Origin: Acidobacteriota bacterium
Lineage (GTDB): Bacteria; Acidobacteriota; UBA6911; RPQK01; JADFOI01
Assembly: GCA_963663035.1 (NCBI GenBank)
Contig: OY760074.1
Coordinates: forward strand, 1,248,001 to 1,312,000
Length of the DNA stretch: 64,000 nt
Reading direction: 5' to 3'
The position numbers and the translations under genes were made by a program. The stretch's first letter is position 1; each line of letters opens with the position of its first letter. The notes below the pieces were generated by a model. The model was not told the origin of the DNA, searched no databases, and saw only the letters and a program-made list of their open reading frames with translations. Below are positions 26,091 through 36,452 of the stretch, in pieces.

Positions 26091-28811
26091 GTGCTCGGTA
26101 AGACCATCAGTCACTACAAGGTTCTTGAAAAGATCGGCCAGGGCGGTATGGGCGAGGTCTACCGTGCCACCGATACCAAGCTGAACCGCGACGTGGCGCT
26201 CAAGATCCTGCCCGAGCAGTTTGCCTCTGATTCCCAGCGAATGGGCAGGTTTCAACGGGAAGCGGAGGTCTTAGCTTCCCTGGATCATCCCAACATTGGG
26301 CAGATTTACGGCATCGAAAACGCAGGCCAGACCAAGGCCCTGGTTCTCCAGCTCATCGAAGGACCCACCCTGGCGGAAAGAATTGCCCAGGGACCAATTC
26401 CTGTAGAGGATGCCCTCAAGTTCGCCCTGCAGATGGCAGAAGGGTTGGAGGCTGCCCATGAAAAGGGGGTGATCCATCGAGATCTGAAGCCTGCCAATGT
26501 CAAGATTACCCCGGAAGGCCAGGTCAAGATTCTGGACTTTGGATTGGCTAAGGCCCTGGAGGCTGAAGCACCCGACTCAAGCCTCTCCCAATCCCCGACG
26601 CTGACCAATGCGGCCACACAGGCGGGGGTGATTCTGGGGACAGCGGCTTATATGAGTCCGGAACAGGCCAGAGGTAAACCAACCGACCGCCGTGCTGACA
26701 TTTGGGCGATCGGTGTCGTCCTTTTCGAGATGCTGTCTGGAAAGCGTGCCTTTGAGGGTGAAGATGTCTCTCAGACTCTTGCTGCTGTCATCATGACAGA
26801 GCCGGACTGGAGTCTTCTTCCTTCTGCAACCCCTGGGCCAATCCTGCGGTTGCTGCAACGCTGTCTTGACCGGGAACCGCATGACAGGCTTCAAGCCATT
26901 GGTGAGTTTCGCATCGCGGTATCTCGCTACCTCGCCGATCCCGTTGACCCGTTGGCTCAATCAGTCGCGGATGCCGTCCAGGCACCCCAGCGACGGATGC
27001 TTCCATGGCTGGCAGCCATCGCTCTCGCTACCATTGTCGCCGTAATAGCAACTTGGAACCTTAAGCCAACAGAGCCACAACCCCTAGCTCCAGCTACTCG
27101 CTTCTATCATGAACTACCCGACAGCCAAATCTTTACAAGAGCGGCGAGCCTGCTTGTGGCGGTATCGCCAGATGGCAGCCAGATTGTCTACGGTGCCAAC
27201 CGCCAACTTTATCTGAGAAACCTGGACGAGATGGAAGCACGTCCCATTCAAGGAACGGATGAAGACCCTGCCAGCCCGTTCTTTTCACCCGGCGGCGAAT
27301 GGGTCGGATACTTTTCAGCCGCGGATAGGCAGTTGAAGAAGATCGCCCCAATCGGAGGTGCATCGGTGACCTTGTGCGATGCAGCGAGACCCTTTGGTGC
27401 GAGTTGGGGTTCAGACGACACCATCGTGTATGGCCAGCCTGAGGGCATCATGCGCGTGTCCGCCAATGGCGGAACTCCCGAGTTGGTAGTTCCAACAGAA
27501 GCACCAGAACAGGTGCATGGCCCCCAAATGTTGCCAGGTGGTGAGTGGGTGCTGTTCACGTTGACCAGCGCAAGTGGTGCAGCCCGCTGGGATGAGGCAC
27601 AGAGTGTAGCGCAATCGCTGGAATCAGGTGAACGGAAGATTCTGTGGGAGGGCGGCAGTGATGCGCGTTATCTTCCTACCGGGCATCTCGTCTATGCGTT
27701 GGAAGACGTGCTCTTCGCGCTTCCCTTTGACCTGGCCAGCCTGGAGGTTTCAGGCGGACCGGTTCCGATGGTTGAGGGAGTTCGGCGGACTGAAAATCCT
27801 TCAAGCTTCACGGCCAGCGCAAACTATGGATTCTCAGACGGTGGGACGCTCATATATATACCAGGCACGGCAGCACTTGCTCAGATGCGTGTTCTTGCAC
27901 TGGTGGACCGCAATGGCCTGGTGGAACGCTTCAACTTGCCGCCCAAACAATATCTGAGTCCGCGTCTATCGCCGGACGGACAGACCCTCCTCGTTCAGAG
28001 TGTCGAAGGCTCCGAAAATATCATTTGGGTGTATGACCTCACCGGCGGCACGGCGATCCAGCAACTGACGCTTGAGGGCAACAACCACCGTCCCGTCTGG
28101 ACTCCGGACAGCCAACGCATCACCTTCTCCTCGGACCGGGATGGGACGATGAGTCTCTACTGGATGCCAGCCGATGGCAGCGGTGTCGCCGAGCGTCTGA
28201 CGACAGCCGAAGAGGGAACAAGCCACTGGATGGGGTCCTGGTCGCCGGACGGCGAACTCCTGGTGTTCAATGTAGAAAGGGCCCTCGCGACCGATTGGGA
28301 CATTTGGACGTTGTCCGTGGATGATCGAGAGACTCAAAGCCTCTATGACACGCCTGGAACCATATATATGGGTGCAGAGCTCTCTCCCAATGCTGAATGG
28401 TTGGCTTACGGAGCGGGCCCGAATTCTGGGGCAGTCGACATCTATGTTGAGCCGTTTCCGCCGACAGGAGCCAGGCGTAGGATTTCACAAGACGGGGGTT
28501 ATTGGCCTTTGTGGTCACCTGAAGGGAGTGAGCTCTTCTACCGACCCGTTTCCACCACTGCAGGAATAACACTGAGGTCGGTCGATATTGTCACTCAACC
28601 GGCCTTTGGGTTCAGCAACGAACAGACGCTTCCAATTGAAGGGTTCAACGTGGTTTCCTACTACAGGGACTACGACATGAGTTCCGACGGCAAACGACTG
28701 CTCATGGTGTTCCCAGCGGACCAGCCCGATATCGGCGAACCCGCCGGTGAGCAAATCAACGTCGTCCTCAACTGGTTCGAGGAACTGAAGGAACGGGTGC
28801 CCGTGCCATGA
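26091..28811 (+). CDS. Hanks-type Ser/Thr kinase with TM and C-terminal TolB/PD40 beta-propellers
   Basis: GQGGMGEVY, VALK, HRDLKPAN, DFG, GTAAYMSPEQ; GTG start with GGGGAG RBS. Confidence 0.93.
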   Translation: MLGKTISHYKVLEKIGQGGMGEVYRATDTKLNRDVALKILPEQFASDSQRMGRFQREAEVLASLDHPNIGQIYGIENAGQTKALVLQLIEGPTLAERIAQGPIPVEDALKFALQMAEGLEAAHEKGVIHRDLKPANVKITPEGQVKILDFGLAKALEAEAPDSSLSQSPTLTNAATQAGVILGTAAYMSPEQARGKPTDRRADIWAIGVVLFEMLSGKRAFEGEDVSQTLAAVIMTEPDWSLLPSATPGPILRLLQRCLDREPHDRLQAIGEFRIAVSRYLADPVDPLAQSVADAVQAPQRRMLPWLAAIALATIVAVIATWNLKPTEPQPLAPATRFYHELPDSQIFTRAASLLVAVSPDGSQIVYGANRQLYLRNLDEMEARPIQGTDEDPASPFFSPGGEWVGYFSAADRQLKKIAPIGGASVTLCDAARPFGASWGSDDTIVYGQPEGIMRVSANGGTPELVVPTEAPEQVHGPQMLPGGEWVLFTLTSASGAARWDEAQSVAQSLESGERKILWEGGSDARYLPTGHLVYALEDVLFALPFDLASLEVSGGPVPMVEGVRRTENPSSFTASANYGFSDGGTLIYIPGTAALAQMRVLALVDRNGLVERFNLPPKQYLSPRLSPDGQTLLVQSVEGSENIIWVYDLTGGTAIQQLTLEGNNHRPVWTPDSQRITFSSDRDGTMSLYWMPADGSGVAERLTTAEEGTSHWMGSWSPDGELLVFNVERALATDWDIWTLSVDDRETQSLYDTPGTIYMGAELSPNAEWLAYGAGPNSGAVDIYVEPFPPTGARRRISQDGGYWPLWSPEGSELFYRPVSTTAGITLRSVDIVTQPAFGFSNEQTLPIEGFNVVSYYRDYDMSSDGKRLLMVFPADQPDIGEPAGEQINVVLNWFEELKERVPVP

Positions 28812-31553
28812 TCGGCAAGACACTCTCCCATTACAAGATCATTGAAAAGCTAGGCGCTGGCGGGCAAGGCGAAGTCTACCTGGCCGAAGACAGCCGCCTG
28901 GACCGAAAGGTCGCCCTCAAAATCCTGCCCCAGCATCTCGCAGAGAGAGCCGACTTGCGGGAGAGGTTTGAGCGTGAAGCACGGGCCGTCTCCAGCCTCA
29001 ACCATCCCCATATCTGCACCCTTTATGACATCGGAGAGCAGGACGGCATCCACTATCTGGTCATGGAGCACTTGGAGGGGGAGACGCTGGCAGCAAGGCT
29101 GGAGAAAGGATCACTGCCCCTGGAGAAGACCCTGCAATATGCCATCCAGATTGCCGATGCCCTGGATAAGGCCCACCGGCAGGGTGTGGTGCATCGGGAT
29201 TTGAAGCCTGGCAACATCATGCTCACCAAGGTTGGGGCCAAGCTGCTGGATTTCGGTTTGGCTAAGCTGCAGGCAACGGAGACACCCACCAACCTGTCTG
29301 CCCTGCCCACGGAGCAGGCCAGCCTCACCGCCGAGGGGACCATCCTGGGTACGTTGCAGTACATGGCCCCTGAGCAGTTGGAAGGCAAGGAGGCGGACAG
29401 TAGAACCGACATCTTTGCCTTTGGTGCGGTGGTTTATGAAATGGCGACGGGGAAGAAGGCATTCGAGGGAAGCAGCCAGGCCAGTTTGATTGCGGCCATT
29501 CTAAAGGATGATCCTCGGCCCATGTCCGAGCTTCAGCCGAGGTCGCCTTCGACACTGGACCACGTTGTGCGAAGGTGCATGTCTAAAGCTCCTGAAGATC
29601 GATGGCAGGCGTCCAGTGATGTGATGGCGGAGTTGAGATGGGTGACTGAGGTGGGGACATCAGCAGACTCCTTGCCTGCGGTTACTGCCCCTGTGGTTTG
29701 GAAGAGGGCGATTCCGTGGACCTTGGCCGGTGCGATCGCGCTGAGCGCCGGGCTCACGATGTGGAATCTGTGGAGAACGATCCCGTCTGCACCACAGTCT
29801 GTCGCTCGGGTGGTCATACCGCTTCCGTCAACCGCGCCCTTTGAGGTCGAGACTTGGCGCCCGGCTGTGGCCCTGTCACCGGATGGCACCCGCCTGGTTT
29901 ATGTCGCTAATCGCGGTGGCAAGAGGCAGCTCTACCTCCGCCGGATGGATCGGTTGGATGCCACCGCGATCCCCGGGACCGAGGGCGGCCACAGCCCCTT
30001 CTTCTCGCCCGACGGGCAATCCGTGGGATTTGTCGTTGGCGACAAACTGAAGAAGGTACCCGTCTCAGGAGGGGCACCCCAGACCCTCACCTTAGTGACT
30101 CCAGTTACGCGGGGCGCGAGCTGGGGGTCTGACGACACCATCATATTCGCTACCAATCCTAACGGGGGCCTCTCGCGGATCTTAGCCGTCGGGAACACGC
30201 CGCCGCCTGACGCATTCTCCGACGCTCCGACCAGGCCAAGAGGAGATCAGGTCTTAACCACACCCGACCCCACGAAAGGAGAATACAGCCACCGCTGGCC
30301 CCAGTTTCTGCCCGGTGGTAAGGCGGTTCTCTTCACCATCGACACGGGGGGCAGTTTCGATGAGGCCCGAATCGCAGTGCTTTCCCTGGAGACGGGAAAG
30401 ACGGATGTTTTGTTCGACGGAGGCACCAACGCCCGGTACTTGCCTACAGGGCACATAGTTTTTTGCCGGGCAGGCGCACTTCTGGCGGTGCCCTTTGATC
30501 TTGACCGGCTTGAGCGAACCGGAGACCCAGTCACTGTCATCGAGGGCATCTTGATGGAACCTGGCGGCGCAGCCCACTTCACCTTCTCCGATGACGGATC
30601 ACTGGCCTACGTCCCGGGAGGCATATTCGTACCGGACCGCAAGCTGGTTTGGGTCAACCGGCAGGGGGAGGTCGACCCGCTGCCAGCCGAACCGCGAGAG
30701 TATCAGGACGCCAGCCTCTCGCCCGATGGTCAGCAGGTGGCAGTGTCCATTCGTGAAGGGTCTAACTATGATGTCTGGGTCTCTGAGGTAGCACGGGGCT
30801 CCCTGACCCGGCTGACGTCCCATCCGGAGGAGGACGGTTTTCCGATCTGGACGCCCGATGGCAAGCATGTGACTTTTTATTCTGAAATGGCGGGTGAGTT
30901 TCCAACCTTGTGGTGGAGACCCGCCGACGGCAGCGGCCCGCAGGAGTTACTCCTTGAACGCGAAGAGGGGCGGGGGCGACTTCCCACTTCCTGGTCACCC
31001 GACGGTCAAACGCTGGCCTTCAATTACATACTGGGTTCCGAAACAGGATCCGACATCTGGATCCTTCCGCTTGAGGGCGAAGGGAAGCCGTGGGCCTTCC
31101 TCGACACAGAGTTTGACGAAACCGCGGCAATGTTTTCACCCGACGGCCGCTTGCTCGCCTATATGTCCAATGAAACAGGCCGTGATGAAGTATACGTGCA
31201 ACCCTTTAGCGTCAACGGCCCCCGTTGGAAGCGGCAGCTCTCGGTCGGTGGTGGCGCCGAGCCACTGTGGGCACCGGACAGCCGGGACCTCTTCTACCGC
31301 AACGGCGACAAAATGATGGCCGTTGCCCATCGAGACTGTGCCGGAGCTCTCAGTAGGAACACCGCGTACGCTATTTGAAGGGCGCTTCCTGCCAGCCTCG
31401 TCGAGTTATGATTTTGCAAGTAGTTACGACATCTCGCCCAATGGCCAGCGTTTCCTGATGATCAAGCGTGAGCAGAATCTGGTGCCGACGGAATTGATCG
31501 TCATCCTCAACTGGTTCGAGGAACTGAAACGCCTCGTCCCCACAGACAACTAA
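28808..31553 (+). CDS. Hanks-type Ser/Thr kinase with PD40 repeats, +1 frameshift near 31328
   Basis: Kinase motifs intact; the conserved tail VILNWFEELKRLVP lies in ORF 31323-31553; an extra C in GTTGCCCATCGAG. Confidence 0.85.
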
Positions 31554-31554
31554 C

Positions 31555-31668
31555 ATGATTGGCAAGACACTCTCACACTACAAAGTCCTAGAGAAGATCG
31601 GCCAGACCCAAATCAACGTCGTTCTCAACTGGTTTGAAGAACTCAAACGCCTGGTGCCTACCAACTAG
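31555..31668 (+). pseudogene. Collapsed kinase mini-gene (37 aa)
   Basis: MIGKTLSHYKVLEKIGQ fused in frame to TQINVVLNWFEELKRLVPTN*. Confidence 0.85.
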
Positions 31669-31711
31669 CCATGAGTGGTCGGAAATGCAGGGACTTAAGA
31701 AAAGGCTAACC

Positions 31712-32608
31712 ATGAAGCTCCAGTGTGCAGTCCGGAACACAATTGCTGTCGTGGTGCTTCTCTGCTCTGTAGCTCTGGTCTATGCGCAGAACTTGGAAGT
31801 GACCTTGTTAGGTACCGGTACTCCTGCACCGAGTTTGGATCGTTTTGGCCCCAGTACTCTCGTGAAAGCGGGAACTGTTTGGTTGTTGTTTGACTGTGGA
31901 CGGGGTACAACTCAACGTCTTTTTCAGATCGGCGTCCCTCTCAGTGAAATGAATGCGCTATTTCTCACCCACTTGCATTCCGATCATACGGTGGGATTCC
32001 CTGATTTTTGGTTGAGAGGGTGGCAGGTTGGTCAGAGAAAGGTCCCCCTCCAAGTTTGGGGTCCAAAGGGTACAGCGGAGATGATGGAGCATCTCAACAG
32101 CGCATATAAGGTTGATATTCGGCTCCGTCTCGATTCAGGTAGCCGCTCACCTGAAGGTGCGGTCATCATTGCTCAAGATATTATCGAAGGCCAGGTGTAT
32201 GAGCAAAATGGAGTGAAGGTGACGGCTTTCGAGGTCAACCACGGTTACGTCAAACCGGCATTTGGTTACCGGATTGATTATGGGGGACACTCTGTTGTTC
32301 TCTCGGGAGACACCCTTCCGTCGGAAAATCTAGTGCGATTTTCTGAAGGAGTGGATCTGTTGGTTCACGAGGTCAGGATGGGGGACACGCCGACTCGTAT
32401 TCACACAACACCGGAACAAGCGGGTGAAATTTTCACACGTGTGAAACCGAAATTGGCGGTTTATTCGCATACCTCCACACCTTTGGCAGATAATAGGGAC
32501 CTCATCGCTTCTACCCGAAAGACTTATGATGGTCCTTTAGAAGTCGGAGAAGACCTAATGACCATTGAAGTCGGGGAGAAGATTCGGGTGAGTCGTTTTA
32601 AGCCATGA
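31712..32608 (+). CDS. Exported MBL-fold hydrolase (RNase Z/AtsA-like)
   Basis: Signal peptide ending VYA-Q; LLGTGTP, DCGRG, THLHSDH. Confidence 0.88.
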   Translation: MKLQCAVRNTIAVVVLLCSVALVYAQNLEVTLLGTGTPAPSLDRFGPSTLVKAGTVWLLFDCGRGTTQRLFQIGVPLSEMNALFLTHLHSDHTVGFPDFWLRGWQVGQRKVPLQVWGPKGTAEMMEHLNSAYKVDIRLRLDSGSRSPEGAVIIAQDIIEGQVYEQNGVKVTAFEVNHGYVKPAFGYRIDYGGHSVVLSGDTLPSENLVRFSEGVDLLVHEVRMGDTPTRIHTTPEQAGEIFTRVKPKLAVYSHTSTPLADNRDLIASTRKTYDGPLEVGEDLMTIEVGEKIRVSRFKP

Positions 32609-34992
32609 TCGGCCAAACCATCTCTCACTACAAGATCACAGAGAAGCTCGGCGGCGGCGGCATGGGTGTCGTCTACAAGGCGGAGGACACCCGCCTGGGC
32701 CGCAATGTGGCCCTCAAGTTCCTGCCTGAGAAGTTTGCCCAGAATCAACAGGCCCTGGATCGTTTTCAGCGAGAGGCCAGAGCAGCATCGGCACTCAATC
32801 ATCCCAACATCTGCACCATCCACGACATTGGCGATCACGAGGGCCAGCCCTTTATCGTGATGGAGTTCCTGGAAGGTCAAACGCTGAAGCACCGTATCCA
32901 GGGCAGCTCCATGCAAACGGATGAACTGCTCGATCTGGGGATTCAAATTGCCGACGCTTTAGATGCGGCTCACTCCAAGGGGATTGTCCACAGGGACATC
33001 AAACCTGGCAACCTCTTCATCACCCAGCGAGGCGATGCCAAGGTGCTGGACTTTGGTCTGGCCAAACTGACCCAGGAGCAGACCGAAGTGGACTCCAGGA
33101 TGCCCACGGCGCAGGTGTCGGAGGAGGCTCTCACCAGTCCTGGTACGGCATTGGGGACGGTGGCTTATATGTCGCCTGAGCAGGCCAGGGGTGAGGAGCT
33201 GGACGCTCGGACGGATCTGTTCTCGTTGGGGGTGGTGCTGTACGAGATGGCGACTGGGAGCTTGCCCTTTCAGGGGAGCACCACTGCTGTGATCTTCAAT
33301 GAGATCCTGTCCAAGGCTCCTACTTCACCAGTGAGACTGAATCCAGATTTGCCTGACAAGCTGGAAGACATCATCAACAAGTCTCTGGAGAAGGATACGG
33401 AGGTTCGTTGCCAATCGGCGAAGGATCTGGTGGCAGACCTCAAGCGGCAGAAGAGAGATACATCAGGTGAGTCAGTCGCCGCTGGAGCAGCACCCGCAGC
33501 GACCCCCGCTAAGCGGAATTACCTTTGGCCTGCAATAGTCGGTGGGCCAGGCGTTATTGTTGTGTTGCTGGCCTTGTTCTGGCCGTTCGGTGCTGCTCCT
33601 CCAGTAGAAGCAATCGACTCGATAGCTGTCCTGCCTTTTGACAATCGGAGTGGTGATCCTGAGTTGGATTACATCAGCGATGGAATCGCCGACGGTATTA
33701 TCAACAGACTGTCCCAGTTGCCTAGTTTAAATAAGGTCATCGCCAGTGCGTCGTTGAGGGGTTACAAGGGAATAGAAGTAGACCCACAGACGGTCACCCA
33801 GGAGGTCGATGTTCGCGCCGTAGTGATGGGGAGCATGGTGCAGCTTGGAGACAACATCCGAGTCAATGTTCAGCTGATTGACGGAGAAAACAACAGTGCT
33901 GTCTGGGGTGATAGCTACACCCGACCACGGTCAGCCCTCTATGAACTTGAAGAAACCCTCAGTGAGGAAATTGCCGATGCTCTCGGTATTCAGTTGACGG
34001 GCGAGGAGGGAGAGCGATTGACGAGACGCTATACAGAAGATAGCGCGGCACATGAAGCGTATCTCAAGGGACAGGCTGAATATACGAAATACACTGGCGA
34101 TGGTTTCCTCAGAGCGATCTCATATTTTGAAAGGGCGATCGAAGAGGATCCAGACTACGCTCCAGCATATGCAATTTTGGGCAGAGCGTACTACACAGCG
34201 GCTCGCGGTTTTGGAGTGATTTCGTATCAAGAGGCAATGCCAAAGGCTGAGGCCGCGGCGGAAAAAGCGGTGGAGTTAGACAATACACTTGGGTTGGCTC
34301 ACGCTGTGCTGGGAGATGTCCAACGCTCGTTCCATTGGGACTTGGTCGAAGCCGAAAAGGAATACCAGTTAGCAATTCAACTCGATCCAAACGATGCCCG
34401 TGCATATGAAGGAAATGCTTCCTTAATGGCGATACTGCGACGCTATGATGAATCGATCGCCTTAGCCAGAAGAGCCCAACAAGTCGATCCCCAGTCTGCC
34501 AGCCCGAGATACACAATGGGTCGACTGCTCGTGGTTGCGCGTCGATATGAAGAAGCTGAGCAACAACTTATGGCGACTCTGGACATCGCTCCAAATAACC
34601 AACTAGCCTATGGTGTGCTTGCCCACATGTATGAACTGACAGGTCAATACGAAAAGGCTGCATCAGCTCATCAGAAGGGATGGGTTTTAGGAGGAGCTAC
34701 TGAGGAAGAGGTAGCAGGACTCTCAAATGCGTGGACAACTTCAGGCTTTGAAGGATACTGGCAATGGAAGTTGGATTACTTAACGAACAGAGACGGGAAT
34801 CCTGAGCTAATTGACTTTGCGACAGCTTACACCAACCTTGGTGATATTGACCAAGCATTGGAAATATTGGAGAAAGCCTATCAAGAACGTGACGGCTCAA
34901 TGATCTATCTCAACGCCTTCCCCCGCTGGGACCCCCTCCGCGACGACCCTCGTTTCACTGACCTGCTGCTGCGGATGAACCTGGAGCCCTAG
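32605..34992 (+). CDS. Hanks-type Ser/Thr kinase with TolB-N-like and TPR domains
   Basis: [20 protein letters not shown]; SIAVLPFDN; TPRs; [12 protein letters not shown]. Confidence 0.92.
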   Translation: MIGQTISHYKITEKLGGGGMGVVYKAEDTRLGRNVALKFLPEKFAQNQQALDRFQREARAASALNHPNICTIHDIGDHEGQPFIVMEFLEGQTLKHRIQGSSMQTDELLDLGIQIADALDAAHSKGIVHRDIKPGNLFITQRGDAKVLDFGLAKLTQEQTEVDSRMPTAQVSEEALTSPGTALGTVAYMSPEQARGEELDARTDLFSLGVVLYEMATGSLPFQGSTTAVIFNEILSKAPTSPVRLNPDLPDKLEDIINKSLEKDTEVRCQSAKDLVADLKRQKRDTSGESVAAGAAPAATPAKRNYLWPAIVGGPGVIVVLLALFWPFGAAPPVEAIDSIAVLPFDNRSGDPELDYISDGIADGIINRLSQLPSLNKVIASASLRGYKGIEVDPQTVTQEVDVRAVVMGSMVQLGDNIRVNVQLIDGENNSAVWGDSYTRPRSALYELEETLSEEIADALGIQLTGEEGERLTRRYTEDSAAHEAYLKGQAEYTKYTGDGFLRAISYFERAIEEDPDYAPAYAILGRAYYTAARGFGVISYQEAMPKAEAAAEKAVELDNTLGLAHAVLGDVQRSFHWDLVEAEKEYQLAIQLDPNDARAYEGNASLMAILRRYDESIALARRAQQVDPQSASPRYTMGRLLVVARRYEEAEQQLMATLDIAPNNQLAYGVLAHMYELTGQYEKAASAHQKGWVLGGATEEEVAGLSNAWTTSGFEGYWQWKLDYLTNRDGNPELIDFATAYTNLGDIDQALEILEKAYQERDGSMIYLNAFPRWDPLRDDPRFTDLLLRMNLEP

Positions 34993-35060
34993 CCTCCACT
35001 TGCTTCCCCTCCCTGCTTGGCGATAGAATTGATCAATCATCCCGACTCCGGGAGGTCATC

Positions 35061-35885
35061 ATGAGGGAAATACAACGGTACGTCAGTTTCATCTTCGTTC
35101 TACTGGGGTCCTTTTCCTGGGGACTTGCGGGAACGGAAGAGGAGATTCAACGTCTCCAGAGCGATGTTCTCCAGCTCCAAAATCAGATTCGACTGCTTCA
35201 AAAAAGCCTTGATGACCACAGCTCTATCCTGAGGTCCCTGCTGGAGCAGGTCAATGATCAGATTGCTACCGCCAACGTCCATATGGAATCCCTGACCGAA
35301 GTCACTCAAGCTCAAAAGGTTGATCAGGAAGACTCTTTTGCCAAAGTCCGACAAGAAATCCAGGGCTTGAGTATCAAATGGGATGATACCAATACGCGCA
35401 TCGCTGCTGTGCAGCAGAAGCTCCAAGCCAGCCAGCTTCAAATCCAGTCATTACGGCAGGTCCCTTCGGTTGGGACTGCCATCGAGCCTGACCAGGTCTA
35501 CAGTTCGGTATACAACGATTTTCTTATGGGGAACTACGAGTTGGCGATTGCCGGTTTTCGGGATTTTCTCGTCAACTTCCCCGAGGGCGAGTATTCAGAC
35601 AACGCCTCTTATTACCTGGGGGTTTGTTACCACGAGATGGGGAGCTTCGAACAAGCCATTGAAGCCTTTGACCAGGTGATCAATCTCTATCCCACGGCCG
35701 ACAAAACTCCTCCCGCCTACTACAAGAAGGTTGCTGCTCAGGAGCAACTTCAGCAAAATTTAGAGGCGATTGAGACTCGAATCAAGCTGGTCACGATTTT
35801 TCCCGAATCCCAGGAGGCAATCTTAGCCCGTCATGAGCTGGAAGAACGTGGGATCGATGCCTCTGAGCTGGAAACGGGACGGTGA
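35061..35885 (+). CDS. cpoB: Tol-Pal coordinator CpoB/YbgF
   Basis: Signal peptide, coiled coil, C-terminal TPRs (Y..AI.GF..F...FP......A.YYLG). Confidence 0.8.
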   Translation: MREIQRYVSFIFVLLGSFSWGLAGTEEEIQRLQSDVLQLQNQIRLLQKSLDDHSSILRSLLEQVNDQIATANVHMESLTEVTQAQKVDQEDSFAKVRQEIQGLSIKWDDTNTRIAAVQQKLQASQLQIQSLRQVPSVGTAIEPDQVYSSVYNDFLMGNYELAIAGFRDFLVNFPEGEYSDNASYYLGVCYHEMGSFEQAIEAFDQVINLYPTADKTPPAYYKKVAAQEQLQQNLEAIETRIKLVTIFPESQEAILARHELEERGIDASELETGR

Positions 35886-35892
35886 CAGAGAG

Positions 35893-36342
35893 CTAAAAAG
35901 GAATATCGTCCTCGGTCATTCCCACATCCATTTTCTCCCCTTCTGCTTTCTTTCCGGGTGCCGGTGTCCCGCCCTCTGCCATTTCAATGGAGTCCTCAGG
36001 GCTGTGACCATTGGTGCCGCGAGGGCTCATCATGCGCATGTCAGAAGCGATGATCTCGGTGGTGCGGCGTTTGTTGCCGTCGCGATCATCCCACTCACGA
36101 GTCTGGATACGCCCTTCGATAAAGACCAGTTGGCCTTTGGTGAGGTACTCATTGGAGATTTCGGCCAGCTTGCTCCAGGTGACAATCTTGTGCCACTCCG
36201 TCCTCTCCTGTCGCTCTCCATTCTGATTGTTCCACCGTTCATTGGTGGCCACGGAAAAGTTGGTCACAGGAGTTCCCGACGAGGTGTATCTCATCTCAGG
36301 ATCCTGTCCCAGGTGTCCTACTAATATCACCCGATTTACCAT
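35893..36342 (-). CDS. ssb: Single-stranded DNA-binding protein
   Basis: [23 protein letters not shown]-terminal DDIPF. Confidence 0.96.
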   Translation of the reverse strand: MVNRVILVGHLGQDPEMRYTSSGTPVTNFSVATNERWNNQNGERQERTEWHKIVTWSKLAEISNEYLTKGQLVFIEGRIQTREWDDRDGNKRRTTEIIASDMRMMSPRGTNGHSPEDSIEMAEGGTPAPGKKAEGEKMDVGMTEDDIPF

Positions 36343-36423
36343 GATTACTTACCTCCCATTTAAGTTTCTCTTACTATAACGTCGGCCTCTGAAAGAATGC
36401 GAAGAATTCGGCGGCGCAGGTTC

Positions 36424-36448
36424 TTCGGCACCTGAGGTGCCTCCCACC
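36424..36448 (+). repeat. REP-like palindrome GGCACCTGAGGTGCC-TCCCAC
   Basis: Same motif at 40951-40974 (inverted) and 41042-41065. Confidence 0.7.
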
Positions 36449-36452
36449 CTCA

